64,000 bases of DNA from an uncultured Acidobacteriota bacterium (GTDB lineage: Bacteria; Acidobacteriota; Vicinamibacteria; Vicinamibacterales; UBA2999), in the NCBI GenBank assembly GCA_963707795.1, contig OY970174.1:2277833-2341832 (forward strand), read 5' to 3'. The notes under the pieces are model-generated. The model ran no database searches. It was not told where the DNA came from and saw only the letters and a list, made by a program, of their open reading frames with translations. Below are positions 1 through 9,163 of the stretch, piece by piece. The stretch's first letter is position 1. The number at the start of each line of letters is the position of its first letter. A program made the position numbers and the translations under genes.

Positions 1-212
1 ACGCGGAACGCCCCGTATTCGGCGGGATCGGCTGCGAAACGGACGGCGGCCAGGTCGTAGCGCCGCCCCCCGTGCGCGACCAGCGTGCCCGAAAGCGAGG
101 CCTCGCTCGTCTGCGCCAGATCGCCCCAGACATAGCTGAACGGGAGGTTGCGCTCGGGCCGTGCCGCCGGCTGGGATGGCCAGACGTGCGTCCGGAACTC
201 GGCTTCAGACAA
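1..212 (-). CDS. hypothetical protein, N-terminal part only (gene runs off the left edge)
   Basis: A minus-strand frame stays open from about 350 down to position 1. It is absent from the ORF track because its stop lies outside the window. A TTG at 212 gives MSEAEFRTHVWPSQPAARPERNLPFSYVWGDLAQ... No family recognised. The start is uncertain and an upstream frameshift is possible. Confidence 0.25.
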   Translation of the reverse strand, partial: MSEAEFRTHVWPSQPAARPERNLPFSYVWGDLAQTSEASLSGTLVAHGGRRYDLAAVRFAADPAEYGAFR

Positions 213-360
213 CCAGAGCGCCGTCAGCGCACGCCGCGTCCCGCTGCTCCAGCGCGTCGAGCACGGCCCGCCCGGATACGACGTCCACTCCCTCGTCCAG
301 TCGTCGGCGGGCGGCTGCGGCACCGCCCCGGGAAACGTGACCTCCTGGAAGAAGCTCGGC

Positions 361-1032
361 CTATTTCGGCGTCGTCTTGACCTCGAACCGGAGCGCCTCC
401 ATCGCCGGCCCGTCGCCGGCGACCCGATCGGCCGCGTGCGCCGCGAGCCACCGCACGTGGCCCAGGCTGCCCGGCGTCAGCGAGACCACGATGCTCGGAT
501 GCGGCGCGGCGGCGATCTCCATCGCCTCGTGTGCCGGCGCCGTCAGGCGCGTCAATCGAATCTGTGCGTTCTCGAACTGCACCAGCGACGGTGGCGGATC
601 GGCGCCGGCCGACGGCAGGTAGGTGCCCCGGAGGCTGCGCGGCTCGGGGCCGGGATCGGTCTTGAACTCGACCCGGAGGAAGTCGCTCGGCCGCGCTCCC
701 GTGTTCTCGACCTCGTGCGTCTCGTCGGGCACGGCGCGGAACAGGCGGACGCCGCCGGCGGTGGTTGGCTTGCGGGTCACGGTCCCGTTGGGACCGACAT
801 GACGGAAGATCACCGGGTCGCTGTCGTTCAGGTAGACGTACGCCGACGCCAGCGTCGTGTGCGCGTGCGGCGGCAGCTTGGCGTGCGGCGGGTAGTGGAC
901 GCGGGTCACCTTGACCCACTCGTTCTCGAAGACGACGCGGTAGTGGTCGGGCAAGCTCGTCGCCGCGTCCTGCGCCAGCAGCGGCGCGGACGCGGCGAGG
1001 AGGAGGACCGCCGATCGGACGATGGCGCTCAT
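361..1032 (-). CDS. secreted cupin-domain protein
   Basis: Internal ATG of ORF 361..1089. Signal-peptide-like MSAIVRSAVLLLAASAPLLAQ. Cupin-like His-rich strand motifs (PPHAKLPPHAHTT, ETHEVENTG). Confidence 0.6.
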   Translation of the reverse strand: MSAIVRSAVLLLAASAPLLAQDAATSLPDHYRVVFENEWVKVTRVHYPPHAKLPPHAHTTLASAYVYLNDSDPVIFRHVGPNGTVTRKPTTAGGVRLFRAVPDETHEVENTGARPSDFLRVEFKTDPGPEPRSLRGTYLPSAGADPPPSLVQFENAQIRLTRLTAPAHEAMEIAAAPHPSIVVSLTPGSLGHVRWLAAHAADRVAGDGPAMEALRFEVKTTPK

Positions 1033-1036
1033 CGGC

Positions 1037-1912
1037 CTAGGAGCAGCAGGTCGGGCCGCAGCAGGCGGCGGGTTGCGGTTTGCGCGCACGCACGAACGCG
1101 CTCATGAATCGTCCGTCGATTGTCTCGAGCGCCGAGTCGTCGAGACCGGCGTTGGCCAGGAAGGACCGGGCATCGGCGGCGCGGTAGATCCGCGTCGGCT
1201 CGAGCGAGACGTCGGTGAACCCGGCGCCGGTCAGCCGGGTGCGGTACTCGTTCTCCTCGAGCGCCCCCGCCACGCACCCGATCCACAACTCCATGTTGCG
1301 CCGCACGGCCGCCGGCAGGTCGTCGCCGCGCACGACGACGTCCGACACCGCGAAGCGACCGCCCGGCTTGAGCACGCGGAACGCCTCGGCGAGCACGCGG
1401 TCCTTGTCCGCCGAGAGGTTGATCACGCAGTTGGAGATGATGACGTCGACCGAGTTGTCGGGGAGCGGGATGTGCTCGATCTCGCCCTTGAGGAACTCGA
1501 CGTTCTCGATGCCGGACTTGGCCTGGTTGGCGCGCGCCAGGGCGAGCATGTCGTCGGTCATGTCCAGCCCGTAGGCCTTGCCGCCGGGAGCGACGCGGCG
1601 GGCCGACAGCAAGACGTCGATGCCGCCGCCGGACCCGAGGTCCAGCACCACCTCGCCCGGCGTCAGCTCGGCGAGGGCGGTCGGGTTGCCGCAGCCCAGC
1701 GAGGCGATGACCGCTTCGACCGGCAGCGTGCCGACCTGGGACGCATCGTAGAGATCGGAGGTAATCGGGTCGCAGCCGGTGCCGTCGTCGCTGCAGCAGC
1801 CGGCGTCGCGGCGCCCCTCGGCGGCGCTGCGGGCGGCGGCGCCGTAGCGCTGCTTGACCACGTCCTTGACGTGCTCGGGGGTGTGCGCGGGAGCGTTCTG
1901 GGGTGTCGACAT
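1037..1912 (-). CDS. arsM: arsenite S-adenosylmethionine methyltransferase
   Basis: 291-aa ORF with SAM-binding motif VLDLGSGGGID. Conserved cysteine clusters (GCCSDDGTGC, SLGCGNP, C-terminal CCGPTCCS). AGGAG lies 6 nt upstream of the ATG. Divergent from arsR. Confidence 0.9.
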   Translation of the reverse strand: MSTPQNAPAHTPEHVKDVVKQRYGAAARSAAEGRRDAGCCSDDGTGCDPITSDLYDASQVGTLPVEAVIASLGCGNPTALAELTPGEVVLDLGSGGGIDVLLSARRVAPGGKAYGLDMTDDMLALARANQAKSGIENVEFLKGEIEHIPLPDNSVDVIISNCVINLSADKDRVLAEAFRVLKPGGRFAVSDVVVRGDDLPAAVRRNMELWIGCVAGALEENEYRTRLTGAGFTDVSLEPTRIYRAADARSFLANAGLDDSALETIDGRFMSAFVRARKPQPAACCGPTCCS

Positions 1913-1934
1913 GGGTGACTCCTGTGGGGTTACG

Positions 1935-1954
1935 ATATTCGCTTAAGCGAATAT
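1935..1954. promoter_or_regulatory. perfect 20-bp palindrome ATATTCGCTTAAGCGAATAT, putative ArsR operator 1, overlapping the arsM -10 region
   Basis: Read directly from the sequence. Architecture is 7-6-7 (ATATTCG-N6-CGAATAT). On the arsM strand, TTGACG (1973-1978) and TATATT (1950-1955) are 17 nt apart and sit just upstream of or over this site. Confidence 0.6.
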
Positions 1955-1967
1955 ATACAGACGTGCT

Positions 1968-1987
1968 ATATTCGTCAAGGCGAATAT
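1968..1987. promoter_or_regulatory. second ATATTCG-N6-CGAATAT inverted repeat, putative ArsR operator 2, abutting the arsR ATG
   Basis: Same half-sites as operator 1 with a different spacer (TCAAGG). It ends one base before the arsR start codon at 1988. Confidence 0.55.
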
Positions 1988-2386
1988 ATGTCCAGGGCCA
2001 CGACCGCTTCCGCCTGCTGCACCACCCGCCCCCTTCCCCGCCTGCGCGGGGCCGGGGATCTGGCGGCCGTTTACCGCGCGCTGGCCGACGAGACCCGCCT
2101 GCGCGTGCTGGCGCTGCTCGGGGCCGGCGAGGTGTGCGTCTGCCACATCCAGGGCGGCCTGCGCCTGCCGCAACCCACCATCTCCCGGCATCTCGCCTAT
2201 CTGCGCAAGAGCGGCCTGGTGGAGGCGCGCCGGCAGGGCGTCTGGATGTACTACCGCCTGGCCGAGCCCGACTCCCCGGTGGTGGCGCAGGTGCTGCAGG
2301 CCGCGCTGCACGCGCTCTCGCACGCCGAAGGGGTCGCGACCGACGCGGTGCGGGTGCGCCGCGAGCAGGCGGCCGCCGCTTCGTAA
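1988..2386 (+). CDS. arsR: ArsR/SmtB family metalloregulator
   Basis: 132 aa. Winged-helix region LADETRLRVLALL...TISRHLAYLRKSGLV. EVCVCHI corresponds to the ELCVCDL As(III)-binding cysteine pair of ArsR. Confidence 0.9.
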   Translation: MSRATTASACCTTRPLPRLRGAGDLAAVYRALADETRLRVLALLGAGEVCVCHIQGGLRLPQPTISRHLAYLRKSGLVEARRQGVWMYYRLAEPDSPVVAQVLQAALHALSHAEGVATDAVRVRREQAAAAS

Positions 2387-2476
2387 CCCCCCGCGTGGAG
2401 GACGCGCCGGCGGGGCGCGGCCCGGCGCTCCTGGCCTCCCGGCCCGGCGGCGCCCTCACGCTACAATCCGCCGCAC

Positions 2477-3877
2477 ATGATCCGGTACGGCCGCCTGGCC
2501 GTTCTCGTCGGCCTCTACGCGGTCGTCGCCCACCTCGTCGCGCCGCCCGCGGACGTCACCGCGCAAGGCTGGCGCCTCTTCGCCATCTTCCTCGCCGTCA
2601 TTGCCGGCCAGATGCTGCAGCCGATCGCCAGCGCCGCCGTGGTGCTGCTCGGCCTGGCGGCGATGGTGGCCAACGGCACGCCGATGCGCGAGGCGCTCGG
2701 CGGCTATGCCGAGCCGTCGGTGTGGCTGGTGTTCGTGGCCATGGTCATGGCGCGGGTGCTGATGGACACCGGCGCGGCGCACCGCATCGCGCTGTTCTTC
2801 ATTCGCCAGTTCGGCCAGCGCTCGCTCGGCGTCGCTTACGCACTGGTGTTGACCGACGTCACGCTCGCCGGCGGGGTTCCGTCGATCACCGCGCGCTCGG
2901 GCGGGATGGTGATGCCGGTGGGCAAGGCCATCGCCGAACTGTTCGAATCGCGGCCGGGCGCGACCGCGGCGCGACTCGGGCGATTCCTGTTCGCGGCGAT
3001 GTACCAGGGATCGGCGGTCGCCTGCGCGATGTTCCTCACCGGGCAGGCGAGCAATCTCCTCGCCGCCGGCCTGGCGCTGAAGCTGGTGAACGTCGAGGTC
3101 ACCTGGAGCGGCTGGCTGGTGGCGGCCATCGTTCCCGGGGTGGTTTCCTGCGCGGTCGTGCCCTGGATCGTCTCCCGTGTCGTCCCGCCCGGCATCCGGC
3201 ATACGCCGGAAGCCGCCGAGTTCGCACGCGCCGAGCTCGTCCGGATGGGCCCGCTCAGCCGTGACGAGCGAACGGCGCTGTCGGTGTTCGCCGGCGTCGG
3301 CCTGCTGTGGATCACGTCGGGACTGCACGGGCTCGATGTCACCTTCGTCGCCCTGCTCGGCCTGGCGACGCTGCTGCTAGCCAACACCCTGCGCTGGGAG
3401 CAGGTGACCGGCGAGCGCAGCGCGTGGGACGTCCTCATCTGGTACGGCGGCTTGCTCAAGATGGGCGAGCTGCTCAACGGCACCGGCGTGACCACGGTGT
3501 TCGCGGAGACGGTCGGCGCCCAGTTCGCCGGGCTGTCGTGGATGACGGTGCTGCTGCTGACGCTAATCGTGTACTTCTACGTCCACTACTTCTTCGCCAG
3601 CATCACGGCGCACGTCCTGGCGCTGTTCCCGCCCTTCGTCCTGCTGCTGACCAGCGTCGGCGTCCCGCCCTTGCTCGCCGTCTACAGCCTGATGTGCCTC
3701 GCCAACCTGACCGCCGGGCTCACCCACTACGGCACGACGACGGGGCCGATCCTGTACAGCCAGAACTACGTGACCTTCGCCGAATGGTGGCGCGCGGGCC
3801 TGGTCGTCTCGGTCGCCAACCTGGTGGTGTGGCTGACCGTCGGCTTCGCGTGGTGGAAGTTTCTCGGCTTCTGGTAG
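2477..3877 (+). CDS. anion permease, DASS/CitT-like (2-oxoglutarate/malate translocator-type) family
   Basis: 466-aa polytopic membrane protein. Motifs VPSITARSGG and LTHYGTTTGPILY are typical of this permease family. TACAAT lies 9 nt upstream of the ATG. Confidence 0.75.
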   Translation: MIRYGRLAVLVGLYAVVAHLVAPPADVTAQGWRLFAIFLAVIAGQMLQPIASAAVVLLGLAAMVANGTPMREALGGYAEPSVWLVFVAMVMARVLMDTGAAHRIALFFIRQFGQRSLGVAYALVLTDVTLAGGVPSITARSGGMVMPVGKAIAELFESRPGATAARLGRFLFAAMYQGSAVACAMFLTGQASNLLAAGLALKLVNVEVTWSGWLVAAIVPGVVSCAVVPWIVSRVVPPGIRHTPEAAEFARAELVRMGPLSRDERTALSVFAGVGLLWITSGLHGLDVTFVALLGLATLLLANTLRWEQVTGERSAWDVLIWYGGLLKMGELLNGTGVTTVFAETVGAQFAGLSWMTVLLLTLIVYFYVHYFFASITAHVLALFPPFVLLLTSVGVPPLLAVYSLMCLANLTAGLTHYGTTTGPILYSQNYVTFAEWWRAGLVVSVANLVVWLTVGFAWWKFLGFW

Positions 3878-3941
3878 GGCTGGCGGCCGGCCGCGCCACG
3901 GCCTCCCGCGATGGAGGCCGGGCGCGTGGCGGCACGCTCGA

Positions 3942-6900
3942 TCAGAAGTTCAGCTTCAGGGCGAACTGGATGATCCGCGGATCGTAGGTCGAGGTAATCG
4001 TCCCGAACGCGGCGCTGCTGCGGTTGCCGTTCGGGGAGCGGAAGTTGGTCCGGTTGAAGAGGTTGAAGAACTCCGCCCGGAACTCGAAGTTGCTGCTCCG
4101 CCACGGCAGCCCGAAGCGCTTGGACGCGGCCAGGTCCATCTGCCACACGAGCGGCCCGCGATAGGCATTGCGCGGCGCGTTGCCGAACGGCTGGCTGGGG
4201 TCGGTCGGAATGACCACGTTGTTGCGGTCGAACCAGTTCTGCGCGTTGCGCTGGTCGCTGGGCACGAGGACGTCGCCGATGACGTTGGGCCGGTAGTTGT
4301 TGGCGCCGCGGAAGTCCTGCTGGATCCCCGACACCTGGAAGGCCGCGCTCGGCGTGTAGGTCAGGGTCACCGTCTCGCCGGCGTACACGCTGTTCACCCC
4401 TGCGATCTGCCAGCCGCCGACCAGCGCGTTGGTCAGCGCCGACGCGCCGCCGAGGAACCGCCGCCCGGTCCCGATCGGCAGGTCGAGCACGAAGCTGGTC
4501 GTGTTGTTGTACGGCTGGTGATAGGCGCCGAGGCCGAAGTCCGCGTCGAGGTCATAGAAGTCCTGCGGTGCGGGAAAGTTGCCGCTCGCGCCTTCGAGCG
4601 AACCGGCGCCGTTGTCCTTGGTTTGCGACAGCGTCAGCGAGTTGAGGATGGAGAAGCCCGATCCCACCTTCCAGTCGAGTTTTCCCTGAAACGCATGGTA
4701 GCGGGACTTGCCGCCGTTGAACGAATAGGTGATGTCGGCGAACTCCTGGATCGGACGCCGTGACTGCAGCGACAGGGTGCCGGCGCTGTTGTTGGGCGCG
4801 GCCTGGTTGAAGTTGGCGAACAGCAGCAGGTCGTCCGCGCGGTTGCCGATATAGGCGAGATCGACCAGCGCGCCGGTCCACAACTCGCGCTGCACCGAGA
4901 TGAACCAGCTCTGCACCTGGCTCGAGTGGTAGTCCTCGGGCATGTAGGTGACGTTCGCGGTCAGCGGGTTGAAGCGCGACGGGTCGGTCAACCCGGCGGG
5001 ATAGCCGTCCTGCGTCGGCCGGAAGTCCGCCTGCGTCGGCGTCTGCACGACCACGGCGTTGATGACCTGCGGGCCGTTGATCGGCAGCACGTTGGCGCCG
5101 CCGGCGCGATGGAAGTGCACGTAGCTGACGCCGTAGCCGCCGCGCACGACGGTTTGCGGCGTCAGCGTGTAGGCGAACCCCAGCCGCGGGCCGAAGTTGT
5201 TGCGATCGGGCTCGAGCGTCGAGCGATCCCGCAGCGAGCCGTCGCGCGCGAGCACCATCGTGCGCGTCGCCGGGTCGAAGTTGGACAGGATGTTGTCCTG
5301 CTCCACCCACGGCGTCGCGTACTCGTAGCGCAGGCCGAGGTTCACCGTCAGGTTGTCGTTGACCCGGAAGTCGTCCTGCAGATAGGCGAAGTGCATGTTC
5401 TGGCGGAGGTTGGCCACCAGGATGTTGCTGAGCGCGTAGGTCGCTGCGCGCGCCGAACATGAAGTCGGCGAGGTTGTAGAGCGGGCTCGTGGTGGTCACG
5501 CCGACCGGCCGCGAGAACGATCCGGCGTAGGAATCGCGGCCGTAGAGCGGGTTGACGTCCTGCACTTCGGTCTGGATGTGCTGGAACTCGTAGCCGCTCT
5601 TCAGCGAGTGCCGGCCGGCCAGCCAGGTGTAGTTCACCTTCGGGTTGTAGACCGTGGGGTACTGCCATTGCGGGTTGGTCGCCTGCCGGCCGAGGTCGCT
5701 GAACCCGTTGATCAGCTGCGTCGGCAGGCCGCCGACGACGCGCGGATCGGTCGGCAGGCCGGCGATGCCGTAGCCGTCGAGCGCGCTGGCCGTCCCGATC
5801 GCGGCCGGGTCCTTCCCGCCTTCGGTCGTTCGACCAGCCAAAGCGGATCTCGAGCAGCGACAACCCCGTCGGCATGTAGGTCGTCCCGAGCGCCAGCTGC
5901 TTGTTGCGCGCGTAGGTGAAGGCGTTGCCGGCGCCGCCCGACGGCAGCGGGATGTTCGGGTTGTCGAAGATGTCCACGTCGCGCCAGCCGAAGCGGCCGA
6001 ACGCCGACAGCCGCGGGTTGACCTGGAAGTTGATCTTGCCGCCGGCCTTGTTGGTCGTGTTCTCGAAGTTCTGCAGCCGCTGGTAGTTGTTCGACGCGCG
6101 ATCGTTGGTCGGCTCGGGCAGCTCGCTGAGCACCTTGCGCGCGAACGCCGTCATCGGGATCGGCGTCCCCGCCGGATAGAGCTGCCCGGTCAGCGGATTG
6201 CGCACGTCCACGCCGAGGATGCCGTTGCGCTGCGCCTGGTTGGCGATGGTGGTGCTGGCGGTCTGACCGCGGGTCTGCTGAAAGCCCTCGAAGTCGGCAA
6301 AGAAAAACGCCTTGTTGCGCACGATCGGCCCGCCGATGACGCCGCCGTACTGATCGCGCTCGAACGGCGGCTTGACGCCGTCGGGCGGACGGAAGAACCC
6401 GGTGGCGTTCAGCGCCGTGCGGCGGGCGAACTCCCAGACCGAGCCGCGGTACTGGTTCGTCCCGCTGGCGTAGGCGACGTTGATCGTCGCCCCCGCGGCA
6501 CGCCCGTACTCGGCGCTCATGTTGTTGGTGACGACCTTGAACTCGTCCACCGAATCGGGCGAAGGCTGCATCACCTGGTTCGAGAAGCCCTGGTTGCTGG
6601 TGCCGTAGGCGTTGTTGTCCACGCCGTCGATCAGGAAGTTGTTGAAGGTCGAGCGCAGGCCGTTGACGTTGAACGACCCTTCCCGTCCGCCCTGGGCCAG
6701 CGGCGACACGCGCACGCCGGGCGACAGCAGCGCCAGCTGCGAGTACTCGCGGCCGTTGAGCGGCAGCGCCCGCGTCTGCTCGCCGGTGATGACCTGGCTG
6801 CGCTCGCTCGAATCGGTCTGCAGCAGCACCGCGTTGGCGCTCACCTCGACCGTCTCGGTCACCTGGCCGACCGCCATGGTCAGCTCCACGCGCTGGCGGG

Positions 6901-7195
6901 CGCCGACCGTGACCTGCACGTTGTCCACCACCGCGATGGAGAAGCCCGCCTTCTCCGCCGACAGCAGGTAGGTGCCGATGCGCACGGTGAAGAACTCGAA
7001 GCTGCCGTTGGCGTCGGACTGGCGTTCGGCGCTGACTCCGGTTTGCGTATTGGTCAGCGTGACCTTGGCATCCGCGACGACCGCGCCGGAGCTGTCGCGG
7101 ACGGTGCCGACGACCGTGGCGGTCTCGAACTGCGCCAGCGCGGGGGTCGCCAGGGAGAGCACGAGCAGGGCAAGAGCGGGAACGAACCTTCGCAT
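3942..7195 (-). pseudogene. TonB-dependent receptor with CarboxypepD_reg-like N-domain, interrupted by two frameshifts
   Basis: ORF-track pieces 5348..7444, 4552..5841 and 3942..5417 join into one protein of about 1080 aa. Signal peptide MRRFVPALALLVLSLATPALAQ, N-domain TVVGTVRDSSGAVV, plug, barrel, and terminal ...FALKLNF. The frame changes at about 5829-5831 (FGWS/TTEGGKD) and about 5444-5450 (FGAR/ATYALSNILVANLRQ). Confidence 0.8.
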
Positions 7196-7592
7196 GGGTG
7201 TGTCCTTGAAGAACAGCAAGGGGTTGCGCGATGGACGGGGGAATTGAGCGCCCGCTGGTGTAGCCCCACACATCTCCATGTGGTGGCGCGCCAGACGGAC
7301 ACTCGCGGGGCTCACATGAGCCGCCGCCAGGGAAGTTAGCAGGACGGGTTGATCATCCGATGACCGCCGCGTAACGATTGCGCGACGGATGGCGCCACCG
7401 GCCACGACGACTGCGAACGTGAACGGCCGTGGACGTTTCGCCATACGATCGGCAGCCAGCCGGCCCTTAGCCTACACCGCTTTCGGGGCTGGGTGCGACC
7501 CCGCCTGCGGGTGCCGCACCATGCCACCGGCGGTTCGGCCCCGTAATCCGCGCCAAGCCTGGTCCGCGTGCACCCCTCGCCGCTACCGCCGC

Positions 7593-8459
7593 TCAGGTGA
7601 CGATGGCCGTCATGCCCAGGATGCCGGCCGCGATGGCGGCGTCGCCGCCGAGGGTGGCCCCACGGCGTGCCTCCTCCGGCCCGACCCCCCTGGTGAAGAC
7701 GCGCCAGGCCAGCTCCTGCGGCAGCGCGGCGCGGGCGACGATCGGCCCACGCGCGGTGCCCGGTTCTACCAGATCCCACCGGCCATCCTGCCGCTGAACC
7801 TGCCACGTGCCGCCGCAGTCGCCGGTCACGGTCACCTCCACCAGGGCGCCGGCTGGCGCATCGATGGTCCGGTAGGCGTGCGGCAGGGCCCGCATGAAGC
7901 AGTCGAGGACCGGACGGTAGAGTCGCGGCGTCATGATGCCCGGGCGGTCGACCGCCAGCCGGATCTGCTGCTGGTGGTGCCAGCGCTCGGTCAGCTCGCG
8001 CGCGACGTCGAACCAGTTCGCGGACTCGCGCTCCCCCGCCCAGCTCACGGGAAACCGCGCCGGCGCCCACGGATCGAGCGACGCGAGGTACGCATGGAGC
8101 GCGGGCACGGCCGCCTCGGTCAGCATCACCAGCACCCGCGGGCTCAGCCGGCCGTAGACCTCGACGCCCTCCGCATTCAAGCGCGCGACCAGCTCTCCCA
8201 GCGCGCGATCGGTCAACGGCGACACCGGCGCGTCGGCCGGCGCATCGCGGGCGAACGACAGGCGCCGCAGCGCCGTGTCGAGCAGGTGGGCGGCGATCTG
8301 CTGCACGTTCCAGCGCGGGACGCTCGTGTGCCGCGTCCACTCGTCGGGTGAGAGCGTCCGCAGCAGCGCGAGCAGCTTGCCGTCCAGCTCCTCGAAGAGG
8401 TGCGCGGTCATGATCGGCGGAAGACCCTCGCGCGGCGGGTCGGGCGTCATCCGCCGCAT
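7593..8459 (-). CDS. DinB/MDMPI-like (maleylpyruvate isomerase N-terminal domain) family protein
   Basis: Part of ORF 7593..8666. WNVQQIAAHLLDT and ERWHHQQQIR fit DinB-superfamily helices. The start is uncertain (ATG at 8459, 8450 or 8411). Confidence 0.55.
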   Translation of the reverse strand: MRRMTPDPPREGLPPIMTAHLFEELDGKLLALLRTLSPDEWTRHTSVPRWNVQQIAAHLLDTALRRLSFARDAPADAPVSPLTDRALGELVARLNAEGVEVYGRLSPRVLVMLTEAAVPALHAYLASLDPWAPARFPVSWAGERESANWFDVARELTERWHHQQQIRLAVDRPGIMTPRLYRPVLDCFMRALPHAYRTIDAPAGALVEVTVTGDCGGTWQVQRQDGRWDLVEPGTARGPIVARAALPQELAWRVFTRGVGPEEARRGATLGGDAAIAAGILGMTAIVT

Positions 8460-8576
8460 CGTAACTCGATCGTGCGCCGTCTCGCCTTGACAGCCGGGCG
8501 GTGCCAGCCAACCATGCAGGGCCGACGACCGTGCGTGCCGCACGCGTCCGATCGGCCTCGCCCGCAGGAGTCCACG

Positions 8577-9014
8577 ATGACCGCCCTCGAAACATGGGAA
8601 CTGCTCAGCTATGTCGTCACCGTCGTCGGGCTGCCGGTAGCGATCTACACGTTCTGGCAGGAGCATCGGAAAGAGCTGGAGAACGACGACGAGGAGACCT
8701 ACCAGCTGCTCTCCGACGTGTACACCGACTTCCTGAAGCTGGTCATGGAGAACCCGGACCTGCAGCTCCGCTCGCGCGTCGCCGCGCCGCAGCTCTCCGA
8801 CGACCAGCAGGAACGTCGCCAGGTCATCTTCGAGATGCTGATCTCACTGTTCGAGCGCGCCTACCTGCTGGTGTTCGACGTCCGGATGACGGAAAGCCAA
8901 AGTCGCCTCTGGCATTCATGGGACGACTACATGCGGGAGTGGTGCCGGCGCGACGATTTCCGCGCCATGCTGGGGCAGCTGCTCGAGGGGGAGGATGCGG
9001 ATTTCTCGCAGTGA
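8577..9014 (+). CDS. hypothetical membrane-anchored protein
   Basis: Internal ATG of ORF 8400..9014. N-terminal TM helix LLSYVVTVVGLPVAIYTFW followed by an acidic helical domain. No family recognised. Confidence 0.45.
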   Translation: MTALETWELLSYVVTVVGLPVAIYTFWQEHRKELENDDEETYQLLSDVYTDFLKLVMENPDLQLRSRVAAPQLSDDQQERRQVIFEMLISLFERAYLLVFDVRMTESQSRLWHSWDDYMREWCRRDDFRAMLGQLLEGEDADFSQ

Positions 9015-9163
9015 CATCCTCCGGATCGCCGACGCGGAAGCCGCGCGCCGCCCCGAGCGCAGCCGCTGACGCGCCGTCAGTTGAGTTCGATCGACGTGTC
9101 GAACCCGGCGTCGAGCGCCCCGGTGACACCAGCTGATCCAGCGACTGGCGGTATCCTGTCGCG

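Noticed and set aside
205-360. Short minus-strand reading (…GVDVVSGRAVLDALEQRDAACADGALVV) between the cupin stop and position 205
   Set aside because: It is only 51 codons between two in-frame stops, and the only possible start is an internal GTG. It is possibly part of a frameshifted gene continuing to the left edge, but that is not supportable.
1029-2459. 476-aa minus-strand ORF overlapping arsM and arsR
   Set aside because: It is an Arg/Pro/Ala/Gly-rich translation with no motifs, out of frame with the well-supported arsM and antisense to arsR. This is a typical high-GC artefact.
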